From: Dehalococcoidia bacterium
GTDB lineage: Bacteria > Chloroflexota > Dehalococcoidia > Lucifugimonadales > UBA3495
Assembly: GCA_965220625.1 (NCBI GenBank)
Contig: CBDCQN010000003.1
Span: forward strand, 1,994,186 to 2,058,185
DNA: 64,000 bases
Direction: 5' to 3'
The notes beneath the pieces were generated by a model. That model worked only from the letters and a program-made list of their open reading frames with translations. It did no database searches and was not told the DNA's origin. The position numbers and the translations under genes are program-made. Of the stretch, positions 60,378 to 64,000 are shown piece by piece (within the stretch, counting starts at the first letter, position 1; the number at the start of each line of letters is the position of its first letter).

Positions 60378-60782
60378 TCACACGGGTATGACTTCTTTTT
60401 GGACCAGGTGTATCCGAATCGCCTGGGGCGCTTCGCCGTCGTCGAAGTGGCACAGCACCGCGTCCCGCATCATGTAAATCAATTCATCCCAATCGTCGCC
60501 CTGGGTGATTATGCTCTGCCCGACGGCACTGGCTGAGTAGCCGCCGTCGGGGGATTCCCTTACCCGGAAAACTATTTCCGTGTCAGGATTACCGAGGGAT
60601 CCCTGCTTTCCGGCTTCCAGAACTTTCTCTTTGAGAAACTCCAGCCTTCCGGCTTTGATGTCCTCTTGAAGCTGACGGTCCCACCGCTCCCAGTCGTGGT
60701 CCCATACCCACTTCATCAAATCGGAGAATTCAGCTTCGGGTAAAGCCAGGATATCCTGCGCAATCTCCGCCACAGTTCTCAT
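60378..60782 (-). CDS. antitoxin-type fusion: N-terminal addiction-module-like helix domain plus C-terminal HicB-like fold
   Basis: N-terminal ILALPEAEFSDLMKWVWD...WDRQLQEDIKAGRLEFL. C-terminal EIVFRVRESPDGGYSASAVGQSIITQGDDWDEL. Immediately precedes hicA. Confidence 0.55.
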   Translation of the reverse strand: MRTVAEIAQDILALPEAEFSDLMKWVWDHDWERWDRQLQEDIKAGRLEFLKEKVLEAGKQGSLGNPDTEIVFRVRESPDGGYSASAVGQSIITQGDDWDELIYMMRDAVLCHFDDGEAPQAIRIHLVQKEVIPV

Positions 60783-60832
60783 ATAAGGCCCTCACGCGTC
60801 CATTTCCACCCATTATACCGCCGTCCTCCGGC

Positions 60833-63658
60833 CTACCCCGCCAGTGCGAGGTTCAGCTCCTCCAGCAGCGCCGCCAGCCCGTCGCCGAACACCTCGTAGG
60901 CTCGGCCGATGCCGCCGCGCTGAGCGAAGGGGGACAACTGGAGGTCGCCAGGGTCGATGCTGACGCTGCCGGCGATGTGGTCCTTAATGTCATTCAGCCA
61001 CTGGCGCTGCTCGTCGGTGAAGGAGCGTCCGGCGATTTCCTGGGTATCCAGCCAGCCTTGGAACCGTTCCTCAACACGCTCGGCGAAGGGCGCCAGTTCC
61101 TCATCGTTTCCAATGGCGTAGCGCACCAGCGACACAATGTCGGCCATCACCCGCTGGCTGGAGCCGCGCACCCGGGACTGCTCAAGCTGCCGGTAGGCGG
61201 CCCACAGCCGTTCCGGAGTCCAGGAGCGGGGCGGGCTTGCCAGCGAATCGGCCAAGGCCCGGATTTCCGCATAGCTCAACCGCTGGCTGTAGGGCCGCTG
61301 GTACAGCACTTGCAGCGCGGTTATCTCGTCCCGGTTCTCCTCGATGTACTCCCGGAAGGAGCGGGTGAGCGCGTCGGCCTCCGTCCCGGAGAACTCCGCC
61401 CGGACCACCGTATCCTGGGATACCGTGTCGATGGTCTGCTCGTAGGCGCGGTGGGTATCGATCAGCCGTTGCCGCAGTTCCGGGTTGGCGGCGAAGGGCC
61501 TGGCCGCCGCATCCAGCAGTTGCCGCGCCGCTTGGGCTATGGCTTCTTCCGGCGGGTCGTCCTGCCCGGTGGCCGCCCGCGCCGCGTCCAGGGCGGCGTC
61601 GGGATCGGTGGCGGTGAGCAGCTCCCTGACCAGCTCCTTCAAGGTAGAGCCTCCGGCCACGTCCTCCACCGCCTGCCGGTCTTGGGGCGAGAGCCGCCGG
61701 TCAAGGCGGGCGAGACGGCTGGCCAGTGACGACAGGGTGTCAGGCTCACGGTCGCCCATGGCCACCATGTCCAGCAGCTTGTCGAAGGCCACCGACGGGT
61801 GGCGGTCCAGCGAGTAGGACTCGGACAGCTCGCTCTCGGTGACGCCCACCGCGTCCACTATAACGAAGCGGTCCTTGCCATCGGCGTCGGGCGTAACCGC
61901 GTTGAAGTCGGTGGCGGAGATGGTGCGGACGCCGCGCCCCTTCATCTGCTCGAAGAAGTTGCGGCTGCGCACGTTGCGCATGAAGAACACCACCTCCACC
62001 GGCTTGATGTCGGTGCCGGTGGCGATCATGTCCACGGTGACCACGATGCGGGGGTTGAAGCTGTTGCGGAACTGCGTGATCAGGTCCTCGGGCCTCGCCC
62101 CGGTGGTGCGGTAGGTGATCTTCTGGCAGAAGTCGTTGCCCTTGGCGAACTCCTCCCGCACGATGTTCACGATGTCGTCGGCGTGGCTGTCGTCCTTGGC
62201 GAAGATGATGGTCTTGGGCACGTGCTGGCGTCCGGGAAAAATCTCGGTCGTTACCCTGTCGCGGAAGGTCTGGATGACCGTGCGTATCTGGTCCGTTGCC
62301 ACCACGTCGCGGTCGAGTTGGCCGGGCGTGTAGGTCAAATCCTCGTCCAGTTCCTCCCAACGCTTATCGCGGGTGCGCCGGTCGCGCCGGTCCACCTTCA
62401 GGCCGGCCTCGATGGTGGCCCCTTCCTCCGTGATCTTCGTCTCGATGCGGTAGACGGTGTAGCCCACGTTGATGCCGTCGGCCACCGCCTGCTGATGGTT
62501 GTACTCCATCACCAGGTTCTGGTTGAAGAAACCGATGGTCTGCTTGGAGGGCGTGGCGGTCAGCCCGATGAGGAAGGCGTCGAAGTATTCCAGCACCTGC
62601 CGCCACAGGTCGTAGATGGAGCGGTGACACTCATCGGTGATGATGAAGTCGAACTCCTCGATGGGGAAGTTCCGGTTGTACTCCACTGTTTGCGGAGAGG
62701 GCCGGGTCGAGGCCACGTCATAGCCGGAGGGCTCGTCCATCTCCGGGTCCAGCTCCTCACCCTTCAGCATGGAGTAGACCCTTTGGATGGTGGCGATGCA
62801 CACCCGGCTGACCGGGTCGATGCTGGCGGACTGGAGGAGCTGGACGTTGTAAAGCTCGGTGAACTTCCGTCCGTCGCCGGGCACGGTGAAGCCTTGGAAT
62901 TCCCGGAGCGTCTGCCGGGCCAGGTTGCTGCGGTCGACGAGGAACAGCACCCGCCGGGCGCCGGCGTGCCGGATGAGCCGGTACACCTGGTTGCAGGCCA
63001 TGAACGTCTTGCCGCTGCCCGTCGCCATCTGCACCAAGGCGCGCGGCCGGGCCTCGGCCAGCGACTGTTCCAGGTTCCGGATGGCCTGCCCCTGCACCGT
63101 CCAGAGATTGGAGTCGTCCAGCGGCGGCATCGCGGTCAACCGGCGACGCAGGCTGCGATGGGTCCGATAACCCCCGCCGCCAGCGTCCGCTATCAGTTCC
63201 GGCCCATCCGGCGACGTTCCAACAGAGGCGTCCCGCGCACCCAGCCACCCGGCCAGCGTTTCCGGAGTATGGAAGGAGAAGACGTTCCTGCTGCGCGGCT
63301 GGGGATCGAGGCCGTTGGTAAACCGGGTCTCAACACCGGTGCTCTCATACAGGAACGGCAGGGGGCGCCTGTGGGCGGGCAGGTTGTCGGGAAGGCCCGC
63401 GCCGTACTTCTCGGACTGTATTTCGACGCCGGTAAGAGAGTGCCCCTCGGGCTTGGCTTCCACTACCCCTGCCGCCTTGCGGTCGACATAGAGAAGGTAG
63501 TCTGCCCCTCCATGACCCGGCTTCAACGAAAACTCCCGGACCGCTACTCCGTTGCTGGCGTACAGGTTGATGGATGAGGCGTCCTGCACCGCCCACCCGG
63601 CTTGCTCCAGCATCCTGTCTATATTGACCCGAGATTGTCGTTCCGGTGTCATCGCCAT
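60833..63658 (-). CDS. hsdR: type I restriction endonuclease subunit R (DEAD/DEAH helicase-nuclease)
   Basis: 941 aa. N-terminal nuclease region, Walker A MATGSGKT, DEAH-box ITDECHRS, and helicase C motifs. Confidence 0.95.
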   Translation of the reverse strand: MAMTPERQSRVNIDRMLEQAGWAVQDASSINLYASNGVAVREFSLKPGHGGADYLLYVDRKAAGVVEAKPEGHSLTGVEIQSEKYGAGLPDNLPAHRRPLPFLYESTGVETRFTNGLDPQPRSRNVFSFHTPETLAGWLGARDASVGTSPDGPELIADAGGGGYRTHRSLRRRLTAMPPLDDSNLWTVQGQAIRNLEQSLAEARPRALVQMATGSGKTFMACNQVYRLIRHAGARRVLFLVDRSNLARQTLREFQGFTVPGDGRKFTELYNVQLLQSASIDPVSRVCIATIQRVYSMLKGEELDPEMDEPSGYDVASTRPSPQTVEYNRNFPIEEFDFIITDECHRSIYDLWRQVLEYFDAFLIGLTATPSKQTIGFFNQNLVMEYNHQQAVADGINVGYTVYRIETKITEEGATIEAGLKVDRRDRRTRDKRWEELDEDLTYTPGQLDRDVVATDQIRTVIQTFRDRVTTEIFPGRQHVPKTIIFAKDDSHADDIVNIVREEFAKGNDFCQKITYRTTGARPEDLITQFRNSFNPRIVVTVDMIATGTDIKPVEVVFFMRNVRSRNFFEQMKGRGVRTISATDFNAVTPDADGKDRFVIVDAVGVTESELSESYSLDRHPSVAFDKLLDMVAMGDREPDTLSSLASRLARLDRRLSPQDRQAVEDVAGGSTLKELVRELLTATDPDAALDAARAATGQDDPPEEAIAQAARQLLDAAARPFAANPELRQRLIDTHRAYEQTIDTVSQDTVVRAEFSGTEADALTRSFREYIEENRDEITALQVLYQRPYSQRLSYAEIRALADSLASPPRSWTPERLWAAYRQLEQSRVRGSSQRVMADIVSLVRYAIGNDEELAPFAERVEERFQGWLDTQEIAGRSFTDEQRQWLNDIKDHIAGSVSIDPGDLQLSPFAQRGGIGRAYEVFGDGLAALLEELNLALAG

Positions 63659-63689
63659 AATCGTAACTGTTCAGACTTGATATTTCATT

Positions 63690-63905
63690 CCCGGCCTTGA
63701 ACAAATATCCCCTCCGCCCGCGCACGGGGGAGGGTTAGGGTGGGGGCGCCTTCGTTGAAGGCGTCTGCTGGATTCGGGGAGGTCGAGCGCCAATGGCCCC
63801 CCTTCCTAACCTTCCCCCCCTTCCCCCCGCCGGGGGGAAGGGACAGGTGTTTTTCCTCCCCTCAAGGGGGGAAGGGCCACGTGTTTTTCGCAATGACAGC
63901 CGCAA
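63690..63905. repeat. cluster of GEG/PSP-type GC hairpin REPs
   Basis: gggagggttagggtggggg, ccttccccccgccggggggaaggg and cctcccctcaaggggggaaggg are hairpins upstream of hsdR. Confidence 0.6.
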
Positions 63906-63935
63906 TTGTATGGCAGCGCCAACCATCACCCCCCG

Positions 63936-64000
63936 TCACTCGTGTATCTCTTCGCCGCAGTGGGGGCAGATTCGGGTTTCGTGCTCCCGGCGGCGTTGTA
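63936..64000 (-). CDS. 3' end of an unidentified gene (zinc-ribbon-like C-terminus), truncated by window edge
   Basis: The minus-strand frame reads ...QRRREHETRICPHCGEEIHE then a stop at 63936-63938. Only 20 codons are visible. Confidence 0.3.
   Translation of the reverse strand, partial: QRRREHETRICPHCGEEIHE

Noticed and set aside
61799-63577. 592-aa ORF antisense to hsdR, and other long ORFs overlapping hsdR (60977-61729, 61746-62360)
   Set aside because: hsdR has helicase and DEAH motifs throughout. The overlapping ORFs lack any recognisable motif and show GC-artefact composition.
54600-63935. R-M island as part of an ICE or prophage
   Set aside because: No integrase, relaxase, conjugation or phage structural genes are present in or beside the island. 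The flanking repeats are of different REP types, not direct att-like repeats.
1-64000. Search for rRNA, tRNA, tmRNA, RNase P, SRP RNA, common riboswitch cores and CRISPR arrays
   Set aside because: I found no GGTTCGAATCC-type T-arm motifs. I also found no conserved rRNA or RNase P blocks and no repeat-spacer architecture. This is a negative result by eye only; an Infernal/tRNAscan run would be decisive.

Overview
GC-rich bacterial chromosomal window with about 70 protein-coding genes on both strands. I recognised no rRNA, tRNA or CRISPR array. All family calls come from motif recognition by eye; no searches were run.

The gene content suggests a Chloroflexota-like (SAR202/Dehalococcoidia-type) genome, but this is inference only. 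It includes luciferase-like/F420-type oxidoreductases, several SDRs, MaoC hydratases, form II CoxSLM, NIPSNAP, MmgE/PrpD, CMD, two Uma2 nucleases and very abundant REP/MITE-like intergenic repeats.

Housekeeping genes present are mutS2, rplY/ctc, greA, lysS, serS, surE, lysA, holB, cmk and plsC. Small accessory modules are interleaved with them:
- YgiT zinc-finger protein with a toxin remnant
- DUF433/PIN-like pair
- DUF6883/DUF4926 pair
- Fic
- a PD-(D/E)XK-like orphan wedged between lysS and serS
- a DUF3800-like gene
- one intact IS5-family element

The four most notable observations:
1. A type I R-M locus (hsdR ... hsdS-hsdM) is interrupted by about 2 kb of HicAB-like, RHH and retropepsin-like protease genes. 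A Uma2 nuclease gene also sits between hsdS and hsdM. This resembles the PrrC-in-hsd logic.
2. mutS2 lies directly downstream of a Vms1/VLRF1-type peptidyl-tRNA hydrolase gene, which may be a ribosome-quality-control pair.
3. Four paralogous small tail-anchored proteins are built from 11-residue (33-bp) repeats of variable copy number, and three of them are next to SDR genes.
4. A nitrile-hydratase-family enzyme has its beta subunit on two ORFs.

Several structured repeat families and phased operator-like arrays are also reported.
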